A DNA stretch of 64,000 nucleotides, taken from assembly GCA_034668505.1 (NCBI GenBank), contig JAXDPD010000003.1, positions 5,441 through 69,440 of the forward strand. Direction: 5' to 3'. The notes beneath the pieces are model-generated. The model had not been told where the DNA came from. It made no database searches and saw only the letters and a list, made by a program, of their open reading frames with translations. Both the position numbers and the translations under genes were made by a program. Positions 48,968 through 58,620 of this stretch are shown piece after piece (position 1 is the first letter of the stretch; every line of letters starts with the position of its first letter). Source of the DNA: Sphingomonadales bacterium. GTDB taxonomy: Bacteria > Pseudomonadota > Alphaproteobacteria > Sphingomonadales > Sphingomonadaceae.

Positions 48968-50002
48968 ATGGTCCATGTTCCCCTGCGCCTGAGGCTCGAC
49001 GGCGCCGCGCTCGTTTCCAACTGGCACTGGCTCGCGCACCGCAGCGGCGGCGCGGCCTGCGGCGCGGCGGTCAAGGCCGACGGCTACGGCCTCGGCGCGC
49101 GCGAGGCGGTGAAGCGGCTGCAGGACGCCGGCTGCCGCGACTTCTTCGTCGCCACCTGGCGCGAGGCCGAGGCGCTGACGCCCTGGCCCGGGGACCTCGA
49201 CCTCAGCGTGCTCCACGGCGTCCTGCCCGGCGACATGGCGGTGGCGGTCAAGGGCCGCGCGCGCCCCGTGCTGAACAGCCCCGGGCAGGTCGCGCGCTGG
49301 CGCGAGACCGGGCTGCCCTGCGACGTGATGGTGGACACCGGCATGAACCGGCTCGGCCTCGCGCCGGCCGACGTCGCGGCGGGCCTGCTCGACGGGCTCG
49401 CCGTCGAGACCCTGATGAGCCACCTCGCCTGCGCGGACGAGGACAGCCCCGCCAATCGCGCGCAGCTGGAGGCGTTCACCGCGATCGCCGGCAAGGTCCG
49501 CGCGAAGCGGCTCAGCCTCGCCAACAGCGCCGGCATCTGCCTCGGCCCCGATTTCGCCTTCGGCCTGACCCGGCCCGGCCTCGCGCTCTACGGCGGGGTG
49601 CCGCGCCGCGAGGCCAAGGGGCATATCCAGCAGGTCGCGCGGGTCGAGGCCGAGGTGATCCAGCGCCGCCGCGTCGAGGCCGGCGGCAAGGTCGGCTATG
49701 GCGGCACCTTCACCGCCGAGGAGGCTTGCGAGCTCGCCATCCTCAACATCGGCTATGCCGACGGCTATCTGCGCGGCTTCTCCAGCCGGGGGCGGGCCAG
49801 GATCGGCGGCATCTGGGCGCCGGTGGCCGGCCGCGTCTCCATGGACCTGACCGCGATCCGCGTCGACGCGGCGCCGGAGGTGGCGGAGGGCGACTGGGTC
49901 GAGCTCGACTACGATCTGCCCGAAGCCGCGCTGCAATCGGGGCTCAGCCAATATGAAGTGCTGACCACGTTGGGCGCCCGGTTCAAGCGCAACTGGATTT
50001 AG
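48968..50002 (+). CDS. alr: Alanine racemase
   Basis: AVKADGYGLG PLP-lysine motif, VDTGMNRLG, GYADGY, GRVSMDL, YEVLT. Confidence 0.93.
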   Translation: MVHVPLRLRLDGAALVSNWHWLAHRSGGAACGAAVKADGYGLGAREAVKRLQDAGCRDFFVATWREAEALTPWPGDLDLSVLHGVLPGDMAVAVKGRARPVLNSPGQVARWRETGLPCDVMVDTGMNRLGLAPADVAAGLLDGLAVETLMSHLACADEDSPANRAQLEAFTAIAGKVRAKRLSLANSAGICLGPDFAFGLTRPGLALYGGVPRREAKGHIQQVARVEAEVIQRRRVEAGGKVGYGGTFTAEEACELAILNIGYADGYLRGFSSRGRARIGGIWAPVAGRVSMDLTAIRVDAAPEVAEGDWVELDYDLPEAALQSGLSQYEVLTTLGARFKRNWI

Positions 50003-50060
50003 CGGTCCCCGGCGAAAGCGGCACCGTGGAAGGGCTGGGCGCGGCTTTCGCCGGGGAACG
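50003..50060. repeat. REP doublet, family A (degenerate)
   Basis: CGGTCCCCGGCGAAAGC ... GCTTTCGCCGGGGAACG between convergent genes. Confidence 0.8.
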
Positions 50061-50066
50061 ACGAAG

Positions 50067-50363
50067 CTAGCCCATCACCTCATATTCGCCGATGCGGTGC
50101 TCGCAGGCGGTCCAGCCTTCGGTGGAGCGGTCGAGCGCGTCATAATCGTCGCGGTGGGCGGCGAGGAAGGCGTCGAAATCGGCGCGCGAGCGCCAGATGT
50201 CGAGGGTGAGGTAGGAGCCGTCCTCGGCGCGGAACAATTCGGTGCCGCGATAGCCCTCGCCGCGGGCGAAGAGCTGGGCCCAGGCGCCGGTCGGCGCATA
50301 GGTCGCCTCGAAGGCGGCGCGCGCCTCTTCCAGAACCTCGTAACGCCAGATCAACGCGATCAT
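50067..50363 (-). CDS. ABM (antibiotic biosynthesis monooxygenase-like) domain protein
   Basis: MIALIWRYEV...FEATYAPTGAWAQLF...GYRGTEL...YLTLDIW. Confidence 0.8.
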   Translation of the reverse strand: MIALIWRYEVLEEARAAFEATYAPTGAWAQLFARGEGYRGTELFRAEDGSYLTLDIWRSRADFDAFLAAHRDDYDALDRSTEGWTACEHRIGEYEVMG

Positions 50364-50479
50364 GCCCTTCGCCCTTTCGAGGGCGGCGAGACTAGACCCC
50401 CCGCCGGCCCCGGACAAAGGCCCAGCGCCGCGCTGGCGCGGGCTGTGTCGGAATGGCACGCCCGCCGCGGCTGGCCGGC

Positions 50480-51232
50480 TCACCGGCGCGTCGCCGGCAT
50501 GCGGCGATAGACCGCCTCGGTCAGGCTGAAGAGGCCGAACAGGATGACGCCGCCGGCGACCGCGATCTGGACGGAACGGGGCAGCGAGCCGAGCGCGTCG
50601 TCGATGCCGCCCGCCGCCGCCGAGCTGTGCGACCGCGCCGCCTGCACGACGAGCCATGCGATGACGAGGAAGACGATGCCGCGCGCGGCGAAACCCGCCC
50701 GCCCGAGCCAGGGGATCCAGTCGCGTTTCGCCGCCTCGGGCTTCAAATGCTTCAGGAATTTCAGCGACCAGGCCTTGCGGAACTGCTGGACGCCGACGGC
50801 GGCGACGATCGCCGCGCCGATCCACAGCAGCGCCTCGCCGCCGGGAAGGCTGAGCGCCACCGCCGCTCCTTCTTCCGGAGTGTCGCCGCCGCCGCCGCTT
50901 TTCCTGTGCAGCGCCGCGAGCACGGCGACCCCGCCGAGGCCGAGATGGACCAGGCCCGAGCCGGCGCCGGCGAGACGGGCGCCGATCGCCTTCGCATCCT
51001 TGCCGCGGCCTTCGGAATCGATCCAGGCCTCGAGCAGCCGCCAGACGCCGTAGCTGAGGAATCCGGCCGCCATCGCCGCGACCAGAAACCCGCCGGCGCC
51101 GGTCGAGAGATAGTCCATCACCCCGCCCGCATCCTCGGTGCGGCCGCTGCGCAGGGCCAGATAGCCGATCGACGCGTACATCAAGCCGCGCGCCGCGAAG
51201 CCGAGCCGGGTCACTGCCTCGAATGCTGTCAT
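50480..51232 (-). CDS. DUF1206 family membrane protein
   Basis: Repeated RLGFAARG / RAGFAARGIVF segments with multiple TM helices. Confidence 0.85.
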   Translation of the reverse strand: MTAFEAVTRLGFAARGLMYASIGYLALRSGRTEDAGGVMDYLSTGAGGFLVAAMAAGFLSYGVWRLLEAWIDSEGRGKDAKAIGARLAGAGSGLVHLGLGGVAVLAALHRKSGGGGDTPEEGAAVALSLPGGEALLWIGAAIVAAVGVQQFRKAWSLKFLKHLKPEAAKRDWIPWLGRAGFAARGIVFLVIAWLVVQAARSHSSAAAGGIDDALGSLPRSVQIAVAGGVILFGLFSLTEAVYRRMPATRR

Positions 51233-51414
51233 GCCGGCTATCCCCCTCAGGTCATCCGCCGGATAACCGCGCAGAGCCGCGACCGTTCCGGAGCGGGACC
51301 GATTCATTGAGAGGCTCGCCGGCTTCCGCTCTTGCGTGGCGAAGACTTGGCGCGCCGAGCCATTGCTCTTGCATGTCCAGACCCATAACAGATGTGGTCT
51401 GCACGGGTGATGAA

Positions 51415-54300
51415 ATGGCGGATAGCCTGACCGACACTGTCCTGAAGCGACGAAGCGCCGCCAAGACCGGCGGTTTCGCGCTCGCCGGCGTGGGTCTGGG
51501 GCTGTTGTTGAAAGCCGCATTCGGGTTCGAGCCGGCCGACGCTTTTTTCAGTTCGATCGAATCCCTCACGGACTGGTTTTCAGGCGTGAAGACGTGGCTC
51601 GACGCCAATCCCGACGTGCGCGGCTGGATCGTTGGCCCGGTGGCGCTCGGACTGCTCTTTCTGGGGTTCGCGAACATCGGCTGGTTGCGCCGCAACCTGT
51701 TGGATCGCTTCTTCCCGGATCCGCCTCCGTTCGTGCGCAGCGATCTGGACGAGGCGCGGCGACGCGAGCAGATGCTCTCGCTGGAGGGCCCTCCTTTGAG
51801 CTTCGTCGGTCGGGAGGCGGAGCTGGATGAGCTTGCGCGGCTGCTCGACAAAGGCGGCGAGCGGTTCGTCTGGCGCACCGTCACCGGGCCGAGCGGGATC
51901 GGCAAGACCAGATTGGGCCTGGAATGGCTGAACCGCGCGCGCGCGGCCGGCTGGGATTGGGGCATCGTCGATCGGGATGATCTGGCAAAGTTGGCCGAAT
52001 GGGCGGCGCGCCGACCGACCGCCCTCGTGATAGACGAAGCATCCCGCTCTTATGGCGAACGGCTGGGCGAAGTCCTCACCGCGCTTGGCAGGGCAGCGTC
52101 CCGTCATCCGATACGCGTCCTTGTCATCGATCAAATGCGCGCCGTCCCCGCTATCTCGGTCGGGGAAGATCGGCAGATGGTGCGTGCCGCCGAAATGAGC
52201 GGGTCGCTGAGAGTCGGAGCCTTGCGGGATCCGGATATCGTCGCGCTTCGGTCGGCGGCGGGCCACAGCCGGCTCGACGAGGAGACCCTTATCCGGGAAA
52301 GCGCCGGGCGGCCGCGCGCGGCCTTGATTCTGATGAACGCGCCAAGCGCCGAACGTGTGCCCGAGGCGCTGCTGGATTGGGCCGACGGGATCCTGCCCGG
52401 GCTGGCCGACGAGGGCCGGGCGCTGCCGGTCAGCCTCGCCGGCCCCCTCTTCCTGTCGGCGCTTGCCGGCCCGATCGAGACCGACGAGGCCAGGGCGATT
52501 TTCGGTCCGCTCTCGATCGAGGCCCTGCTGCGCTTCTACCTGGAAGCCGAGCCCGACGCGCTGGAACGGTCTTTGCCCCCGATCGTGCCGGACGATCTTG
52601 CGCAGGAATTGCTGTTGCGCCTCCTTCCCCGCCTCGATCTTCGGCTGAGGGAGAAGGCGGTGGACCGAATGATCGCGACAGCGCCCGCGCTCGTCGAGAT
52701 GCGCCTGGGGAGCATTTGGCGGAACTGCCCCGATCTTCGCGACGGGGAGCGCGCCTCGCAGCGCGCCAAAGCGCTGGAATGGCTGCAGACGCGCCTTGAC
52801 GACGCTCGGCCGGAACGCGTGGCGGCGGTGCACGAGCGGCTCAGGGAGATTGCCAATATGGGCCTTCAGAAATCGATCACCCCGGGCGAGTGCGACGAAG
52901 GCCTGGCCGAATTGATCGCGCTCGTCTCGACGCGGCCATTCGATCCGGTCGTCCGTCGCTTCGAAGCGCCGGCCCTGGTAAATTTCGGCATGCGCTACGG
53001 CGAATGGGGACGCCTCGATGAGGTCGAACGCTTGCTGGCGCGCTGCGACCGATTGGCGGAGAATCCGCTTTTTTCAGACGTGACCGAAATCAGGATCGGC
53101 CAGGCGCGCGGCCTGTCCAACGCGATTTGCGCCTACGTCGATGCGGGCCGGCCGGACGGCGGGGAAATATGGGCCGACCGATTGGCCGCGATCGTCGACG
53201 ATCCGCGCTTCGCCGATACGCCCGAAATGCGCGAAATCGAAGCGGCCGGAGCGGCGTTGGCGATCGTCGCCTTCGGCCTCACCGGAAATGCCGCGCAGAT
53301 GGACCCATGGAAGAATCGCATCGAGATCCTTGCCGAAGATCCGAGGTTCAATCGCGATTTCGAGATCATGAGAGAGGTCGTCAAAGCGGCAATGAATGCG
53401 ACCTCCCAATGTGAACCCGACCGCAGTGACAAGGAGCTCGATAAGTGGCTTAAATTCGTGGTGAACATCGCCGGCCGCGCCGAATTCCGCGACCTCGATA
53501 TCGTCAAGAGAATCGAGGTCCAGGCCCATGTCAATGCAATGCGCTTTTACGGAAACCGGCGCGACTTCGAGAATATGGAGCGTCTTGGAAGAGATTTGAT
53601 CGGGATCATCGAAGATCCCCGGTTCGAAGGCGACGCCGAAATCCGGCTTTATGGCGTGCGTGGCGATTCAAATTCGATAAATTGCTACGCGAAAGCCCGG
53701 GAAATACCCGATTCCGGACTTGGCTCCGAGCAGATCGCCGACGGAATCGCAAGATGGGGGCGGCGCATGCTGGCGGTCGCGCACGACGTCCGGTTCGCGA
53801 ACGTGGAGTTCGTGCTCCTCGAGATTTCCACCGCGCTGATGAACGCAACCGATGCGTGCGAGCATTTCGACGAATCCGGGCTCGCGCACTGGGGTGCGGA
53901 ACTGACGGCGTTCCGCGAGAAAGCCGAGGCGATCGGCTCGCGCGCGACGTGGCTCAACATCGCGCGGGCGACCGTGAACCTGATGCTGACGAACGGTCGC
54001 GGCCGCCTGTTCAAGGAGATGAGGCATTGGGGGGAGCGACTCGAGACCATCATGTGCCGCCCGCAATTCTCGGCCGATCCCGACTTTGCCGAGGTCGATG
54101 CATCGGGGGCGGTGAACGCCATGGTCACCCTGGTGGATGGGGGACGTGGCGATTGGCCGGTCTACAACCATTGGCGCAAGCATTTTGCACGCCTCGCGCG
54201 GCGCTTTCCGGTCCATGCGCAAATCCAGGAATGGGGGCACCAGATCGGCCTCTCCGTGCTGGACCAGCGCCGAGACGGCTATCCCTTCGGCGACGCCTAG
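51415..54300 (+). CDS. Membrane-anchored STAND-like P-loop NTPase with C-terminal helical repeats (NLR/Avs-like)
   Basis: Two N-terminal TM segments; FVGREAEL; Walker A GPSGIGKT; Walker B LVIDEA; RVLVID; about seven 45-50-aa repeats; atypical codon usage. Confidence 0.75.
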   Translation: MADSLTDTVLKRRSAAKTGGFALAGVGLGLLLKAAFGFEPADAFFSSIESLTDWFSGVKTWLDANPDVRGWIVGPVALGLLFLGFANIGWLRRNLLDRFFPDPPPFVRSDLDEARRREQMLSLEGPPLSFVGREAELDELARLLDKGGERFVWRTVTGPSGIGKTRLGLEWLNRARAAGWDWGIVDRDDLAKLAEWAARRPTALVIDEASRSYGERLGEVLTALGRAASRHPIRVLVIDQMRAVPAISVGEDRQMVRAAEMSGSLRVGALRDPDIVALRSAAGHSRLDEETLIRESAGRPRAALILMNAPSAERVPEALLDWADGILPGLADEGRALPVSLAGPLFLSALAGPIETDEARAIFGPLSIEALLRFYLEAEPDALERSLPPIVPDDLAQELLLRLLPRLDLRLREKAVDRMIATAPALVEMRLGSIWRNCPDLRDGERASQRAKALEWLQTRLDDARPERVAAVHERLREIANMGLQKSITPGECDEGLAELIALVSTRPFDPVVRRFEAPALVNFGMRYGEWGRLDEVERLLARCDRLAENPLFSDVTEIRIGQARGLSNAICAYVDAGRPDGGEIWADRLAAIVDDPRFADTPEMREIEAAGAALAIVAFGLTGNAAQMDPWKNRIEILAEDPRFNRDFEIMREVVKAAMNATSQCEPDRSDKELDKWLKFVVNIAGRAEFRDLDIVKRIEVQAHVNAMRFYGNRRDFENMERLGRDLIGIIEDPRFEGDAEIRLYGVRGDSNSINCYAKAREIPDSGLGSEQIADGIARWGRRMLAVAHDVRFANVEFVLLEISTALMNATDACEHFDESGLAHWGAELTAFREKAEAIGSRATWLNIARATVNLMLTNGRGRLFKEMRHWGERLETIMCRPQFSADPDFAEVDASGAVNAMVTLVDGGRGDWPVYNHWRKHFARLARRFPVHAQIQEWGHQIGLSVLDQRRDGYPFGDA

Positions 54301-54322
54301 CTCGGCCCGCTAAGGGCTGTGC

Positions 54323-54367
54323 CGCTCAATCCCGCTCGACGCAGAGCGCGATGCTTATGCCGCCGCC
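54323..54367. repeat. Direct-repeat copy of the phaA 3' end (att-like)
   Basis: 42/45 identical to 54540-54584; encodes [13 protein letters not shown] versus [13 protein letters not shown]. Confidence 0.9.
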
Positions 54368-54369
54368 AG

Positions 54370-54540
54370 CTAGTTGAGCGTCGCTGGTCGCCGGCCGTTC
54401 CCGGAGCATTTCGAACAGCGCCTGCGCCTTGGCATCCGCCGCGCGGACCTCGGACGTTGGACAGGTGCGGCGGCGGCGGACGCCGCCAGCAGCAGGACGG
54501 CAAGCGCCCAGCGCACAAACCGTCCCGCCGCCTGCGTCAC
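54370..54540 (-). pseudogene. 56-codon signal-peptide ORF or gene remnant between the two phaA-end repeats
   Basis: GTG 2 nt after phaA stop; MTQAAGRFVRWALAVLLLAASAAAAP...; stop at 54370. A more protein-like continuation (AADAKAQALFEMLRERP) is in another frame. Confidence 0.45.
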
Positions 54541-54542
54541 GC

Positions 54543-55718
54543 TCAGTCCCGCTCGACGCAGAGCGCGATGCCCATGCCGCCGCCGATGCAGAGCGTGGCG
54601 AGGCCCTTCTTGGCGTCGCGCTTCTCCATTTCGTAGAGCAGGGTGGTGAGCACGCGCGCGCCCGAGGCGCCGATCGGGTGGCCGATGGCGATGGCGCCGC
54701 CATTGACGTTGACCTTGGCGGCGTCCCAGCCGAGCTCCTTGCCCACGGCCAGCGCCTGCGCGGCGAAGGCTTCGTTGGCCTCGATCAGGTCGAGGTCGGC
54801 GATCGTCCAGCCGGCTTTCTCCAGCGCCTTCTTCGAGGCCGGGACCGGGCCGATGCCCATGATCGAGGGGTCGACGCCGGCGCTGGCCCAGCTTGCGACG
54901 CGGGCGAGGATAGTGGCGCCGCGGCGCTCGGCCTCCTCGCGGCTCATCAGGACGAGCGCGGCGGCGCCGTCGTTGAGGCCCGACGCGTTGGCGGCGGTGA
55001 CGGTGCCGTCCTTCTTGAAGGCGGGACGCAGGGCCGAAAGGCCCGATTGCTCGACGCCGTCGCGGATATATTCGTCATCCTCGACGATCGTCTCGCCCTT
55101 GCGGGTCTTGACCGTGACCGGGGCGATTTCGTCCCGGAACCGGCCCGAGGCGCGGGCGGCCGAGGCCTTGTTCTGGGAGGCGGTGGCGAAGGCGTCCTGG
55201 TCGTCGCGGGTGACCTGATATTGCTCGGCCAGATTCTCGGCGGTGATGCCCATGTGATAATTGTTGAAGACGTCGGTCAGGCCGTCCCTGATCATCGTGT
55301 CGACGAGGCTGACGTCGCCCATCTTGGTGCCGCCGCGCAATAATTGGGCGTGGGTGGAGAGGCTCATATTCTCCTGGCCGCCGGCGACGACGATAATCGC
55401 GTCGCCGGTCTGGATCGCCTGGCTGGCGAGCGCAACCGCGCGCAGGCCCGAGCCGCAGACCTGGTTGACGCCCCAGGCCGGCACTTCCTTGGGGATGCCC
55501 GCGGCCATCGAGGCCTGGCGGGCGGGGTTCTGGCCCTGGGCGGCGGTGAGCACCTGGCCGAGGATGACCTCCGACACGTCCTCGGGCGCGACGCCCGCCT
55601 GCGCCAGCGCCGCCTCGATGGCGACTCGGCCGAGCTCATGGGCCGGGGTGGCGGCGAAGGCGCCGAGGAAGGACCCGACCGGGGTACGCTTGGCGGCGGT
55701 GATGACGACGTCGGTCAT
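54543..55718 (-). CDS. phaA: Acetyl-CoA C-acetyltransferase (beta-ketothiolase)
   Basis: [31 protein letters not shown]; PHA gene context. Confidence 0.93.
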   Translation of the reverse strand: MTDVVITAAKRTPVGSFLGAFAATPAHELGRVAIEAALAQAGVAPEDVSEVILGQVLTAAQGQNPARQASMAAGIPKEVPAWGVNQVCGSGLRAVALASQAIQTGDAIIVVAGGQENMSLSTHAQLLRGGTKMGDVSLVDTMIRDGLTDVFNNYHMGITAENLAEQYQVTRDDQDAFATASQNKASAARASGRFRDEIAPVTVKTRKGETIVEDDEYIRDGVEQSGLSALRPAFKKDGTVTAANASGLNDGAAALVLMSREEAERRGATILARVASWASAGVDPSIMGIGPVPASKKALEKAGWTIADLDLIEANEAFAAQALAVGKELGWDAAKVNVNGGAIAIGHPIGASGARVLTTLLYEMEKRDAKKGLATLCIGGGMGIALCVERD

Positions 55719-55741
55719 TGAACTGAGCTCCTTGAAAGACT

Positions 55742-55823
55742 CCGTTCGCCCTGAGCCTGTGGAAGGGCTTTCCTTCTCACTGCGCAAGAAAGGAGAGGGC
55801 TTCGACAGGCTCAGCCCGAACGG
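55742..55823. repeat. REP-like palindrome, family B variant, intergenic
   Basis: CCGTTCGCCCTGAGCCTGTGGAAGGGC ... GGCTTCGACAGGCTCAGCCCGAACGG. Confidence 0.85.
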
Positions 55824-55844
55824 GTGGAAAGAATCGCAGTGCCC

Positions 55845-56831
55845 CTAGCAGCTTGCTGCAGTGCGGGAAAGCCAGCCGGCCAGCGGCTCCCACAGCATCT
55901 TTTTCGCGCGCGAGCCGACCACCATGCCGACATGGCCCAGAGCGAGGTCGAGCCGCTCGCCGGCGCGAGGCGCGGTGGCGGCGGGGACGATGCGGTCGGT
56001 GGTCGAGACGATGTTGAGCAAGGGGATGGCGAGCGATTCGGGATCGGCGATGGCGCCGCCGACCGACCATTTGCCGGCGCCGCTGAGATCGTCGCGGAAC
56101 AGGCTTTCGAACATCTCGCGGGCGGCGGCGCCGGCGACGGGAGGACCGTCATTGGCCCAATCCTCGAGGCGGACGAAGGTCCTCGCCTCTTCGCCGTCGA
56201 GGCCTGCAAAGGCTTCGAACTTGGCCACGGTGCGGGCCGGGTCGAGGCTCCAGAAGGCGCATTGCAGCACCTCCATCGGCAGCAGGCCCAGCGCCGCGAC
56301 CGTCGGCCCGGCATCGGCCCATAATTTGGCGAGGGAAGCGCGGGCCTCGTCCGGAAAACCGTGGAAATGCCAGGGCGCGGCGATGGTGACGACGCTGCGC
56401 GCGGGCCCGGTCTGGGCCGCGGCGAGCGCCATCGTCCCGCCCAGGCAATAGCCGACCAGGTCAATGGGCGCGCCGATCCCGGCCATCAGCGGCAGCAGTA
56501 TACGCTCGACATGGCCGGCGACCGACATCTCCCTGCGGTCCTCGCCCGGCCAGCCCCAGTCGAGCAGCAGCACGCGGCGCCCCCGGCCGCTCAGCCAGCG
56601 CAGCAGCGAGCGATCGCCCATGTCGAGCACGTTCGGCGGATTGATCAGGGAGGGGACGAACAGCACTGGCGGCCCTTCGCCGCCATAATCGCGCAGCGCC
56701 GCGCCGTGCGCCGTCGCCAAGGCCGGCATTGGGGCGGGCGGCGGCGGCCGCCCGGCCTCCTGGTAGCGCCTGAGGCCGGCCAAAGCCGCTTTCATCCGCG
56801 CCGGATCGCCTTGGGTTTCGCTGCGCAGCAT
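55845..56831 (-). CDS. Short PhaC-like alpha/beta hydrolase (start uncertain)
   Basis: VLFVPSLINPPNVLD, LLDWG, VGYCLGGT lipase-box Cys, GHVGMVVG; lies between phaA and phaR. Confidence 0.75.
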   Translation of the reverse strand: MLRSETQGDPARMKAALAGLRRYQEAGRPPPPAPMPALATAHGAALRDYGGEGPPVLFVPSLINPPNVLDMGDRSLLRWLSGRGRRVLLLDWGWPGEDRREMSVAGHVERILLPLMAGIGAPIDLVGYCLGGTMALAAAQTGPARSVVTIAAPWHFHGFPDEARASLAKLWADAGPTVAALGLLPMEVLQCAFWSLDPARTVAKFEAFAGLDGEEARTFVRLEDWANDGPPVAGAAAREMFESLFRDDLSGAGKWSVGGAIADPESLAIPLLNIVSTTDRIVPAATAPRAGERLDLALGHVGMVVGSRAKKMLWEPLAGWLSRTAASC

Positions 56832-56922
56832 GTCGAGGAACAGAGGCAGCGGCCGCGGCCGTTGTTGCGGTGCGGCATGGCTTGGTGCTAAAGCACTGCC
56901 TTCTATCGGTAAGGAGCCTGGC

Positions 56923-57486
56923 ATGGCGGCGTCGCGGTCCCCGGATGATGTGGTCATCATCAAGAAATATGCGAACCGGCGGCTCTACGATACCGAAAGC
57001 TCGACCTACATCACATTGGAGCGCCTGGCCGAGATGGTCCGCCAGAAGCGCCAGTTCCAGGTCCTCGACGCCAAGAGCGGCGAGGACATCACCCGCTCGG
57101 TCCTGACCCAGATCATCATGGACGAGGAATCGCGCGGCTCGACGATGCTGCCGGTCAATTTTCTCAGGCAGCTCATCTCGATGTACGGCGACCAGATGCA
57201 ATCGGTGGTGCCGCAATATCTGGAGGCGTCGCTGGACGCGCTGCAGCGCAACCAGAGCCAGATGCGCGAGGCGATGGCCGGCGCCTTCACCGCCAACCCC
57301 TTCGCCGAGATGGCGCGCCGCAACATGGAGCTGTTCACGGCGGCCTCCGCCGGCAAGGCCGCCGCCGAGCCCGACGACAAGCAGAGCGAGACGCTGGCGA
57401 CCGGCACCGACACCAAGGCCGAGCTGGCCGGGCTCAAGGCCAAGCTCGCCGACTTGCAGAAGCAGCTCGACCGTCTGAGCGGCTAA
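56923..57486 (+). CDS. phaR: Polyhydroxyalkanoate synthesis repressor
   Basis: IIKKYANRRLYDTESSTYITL, DITRSVLTQII, LPVNFLRQLI; AAGGAG RBS. Confidence 0.95.
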   Translation: MAASRSPDDVVIIKKYANRRLYDTESSTYITLERLAEMVRQKRQFQVLDAKSGEDITRSVLTQIIMDEESRGSTMLPVNFLRQLISMYGDQMQSVVPQYLEASLDALQRNQSQMREAMAGAFTANPFAEMARRNMELFTAASAGKAAAEPDDKQSETLATGTDTKAELAGLKAKLADLQKQLDRLSG

Positions 57487-57510
57487 TCCTCTCCGGGACG
57501 GGGAGGATTA
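57484..57510. repeat. Family C palindrome, short form, ends formed by both convergent stop codons
   Basis: TAATCCTCTCCGGGACGGGGAGGATTA. Confidence 0.8.
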
Positions 57511-58362
57511 CGGCTTCACGAACCGCAGCGTCATGCGGTCGCTTTCGCCGATGGCGAGGTAGCGTTCGCGGCCTTCCGCGCCCAGGCGCAGCGACGGCGG
57601 CAGCGTCCAGACGCCGCGCGGCCAATTCGCCGTGTCGCGCGGATTGGCGTTGATTTCCGACGCCGCCACCAGCCGGAAGCCGGCCGCCTCGGCCAGGCGG
57701 CGGACGGTCGAGACCTTGACGTAGCCGCTGGTCCGCTCGCGCTCCGCATCGGCATTTTCGGGAAGGCGGTGGTCGACCACGCCCAACGTGCCGCCGGGGC
57801 GGAGCATCGCGTAGATCTGGCGGAAGGCGTCGGCGCTGTAGGGCCGGCTGCCCCGCTGATAGCCCATCTGCCAATTGTGGACGTTGCGGAAGGTGAGGAC
57901 GACGTCGGCGCTGCCGTCGGGGACGCGCGTCTCGGCCGCGTCCCAGGCCGGGAAGGCGGCGAGCCGGATGCCGCCGTAGAGCCGGGCACTGGCGGCGATC
58001 AGCCGGCGCACGCCGTCATTGCCGTTCGCGCCCATCGCGGCGGCATGATAAGTGCCGCCGCCGGCCAGCACATAAGGCGCGAGGATCTCGGTATACCAGC
58101 CGCCGCCCGGCCAGATCTCGACGATTGTGTCGCCGGGCCTGACCCCGAAGAAAGCGAGCGTCTCGCGCGGATGGCGGTAGCGGTCGCGAAGAACGTTGGC
58201 CGGGGTGCGGGTCGGCGCCGCGATCGCGGCCTGGAGCGCATTATGCTCGGCGGTGGAGAGACCGGCCGGGCGCCGCTGCACCGCGGCCGAGGCGACGCAG
58301 GCGAGGACCAGGGCGGCACCGGCGGCGCCGGCAAAAGCGGCGCGCAGGGGGTGGCGGATCAT
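57508..58362 (-). CDS. Exported class I SAM-dependent methyltransferase-like protein
   Basis: Signal peptide; RDRYRHPRETLAFFG, EIWPGGGWYTEIL, VLTFRNVHNW, IGESDRMTLRF. Confidence 0.85.
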   Translation of the reverse strand: MIRHPLRAAFAGAAGAALVLACVASAAVQRRPAGLSTAEHNALQAAIAAPTRTPANVLRDRYRHPRETLAFFGVRPGDTIVEIWPGGGWYTEILAPYVLAGGGTYHAAAMGANGNDGVRRLIAASARLYGGIRLAAFPAWDAAETRVPDGSADVVLTFRNVHNWQMGYQRGSRPYSADAFRQIYAMLRPGGTLGVVDHRLPENADAERERTSGYVKVSTVRRLAEAAGFRLVAASEINANPRDTANWPRGVWTLPPSLRLGAEGRERYLAIGESDRMTLRFVKP

Positions 58363-58416
58363 CTTCTGCTCCCTAAATAGGCTCTTCTTTTCGGGCGTGC
58401 TCATGAGGCAGGCGGG

Positions 58417-58620
58417 ATGACGACGCAAGATTGGTTTTGGGGCGCGGACGGCGCGGCGCTGGCGCTGGCCGTGCTCGCGGGCGTCGCGGAAAGCCGCCGC
58501 AATCGCCGCCGCAACCTCGACGATACCGGCTGGGTGCCGTGGCGCGGCATCCAGGCCATCGCTTTGTTCGCGGTGCTTGGGCTGACCATCCTCGCGCTGA
58601 AGGCCGCCGGGAAGCTCTAG
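58417..58620 (+). CDS. Small two-TM membrane protein
   Basis: Hydrophobic helix, ESRRNRRRNLDDTGWVPW, second helix. Confidence 0.7.
   Translation: MTTQDWFWGADGAALALAVLAGVAESRRNRRRNLDDTGWVPWRGIQAIALFAVLGLTILALKAAGKL

Noticed and set aside
51265-51300. Short similarity (CGCAGAGC..GCGA) to the phaA-end repeat on the far side of the STAND gene, as a possible second att site
   Set aside because: Only about 8-12 matching bases in GC-rich DNA; expected by chance.
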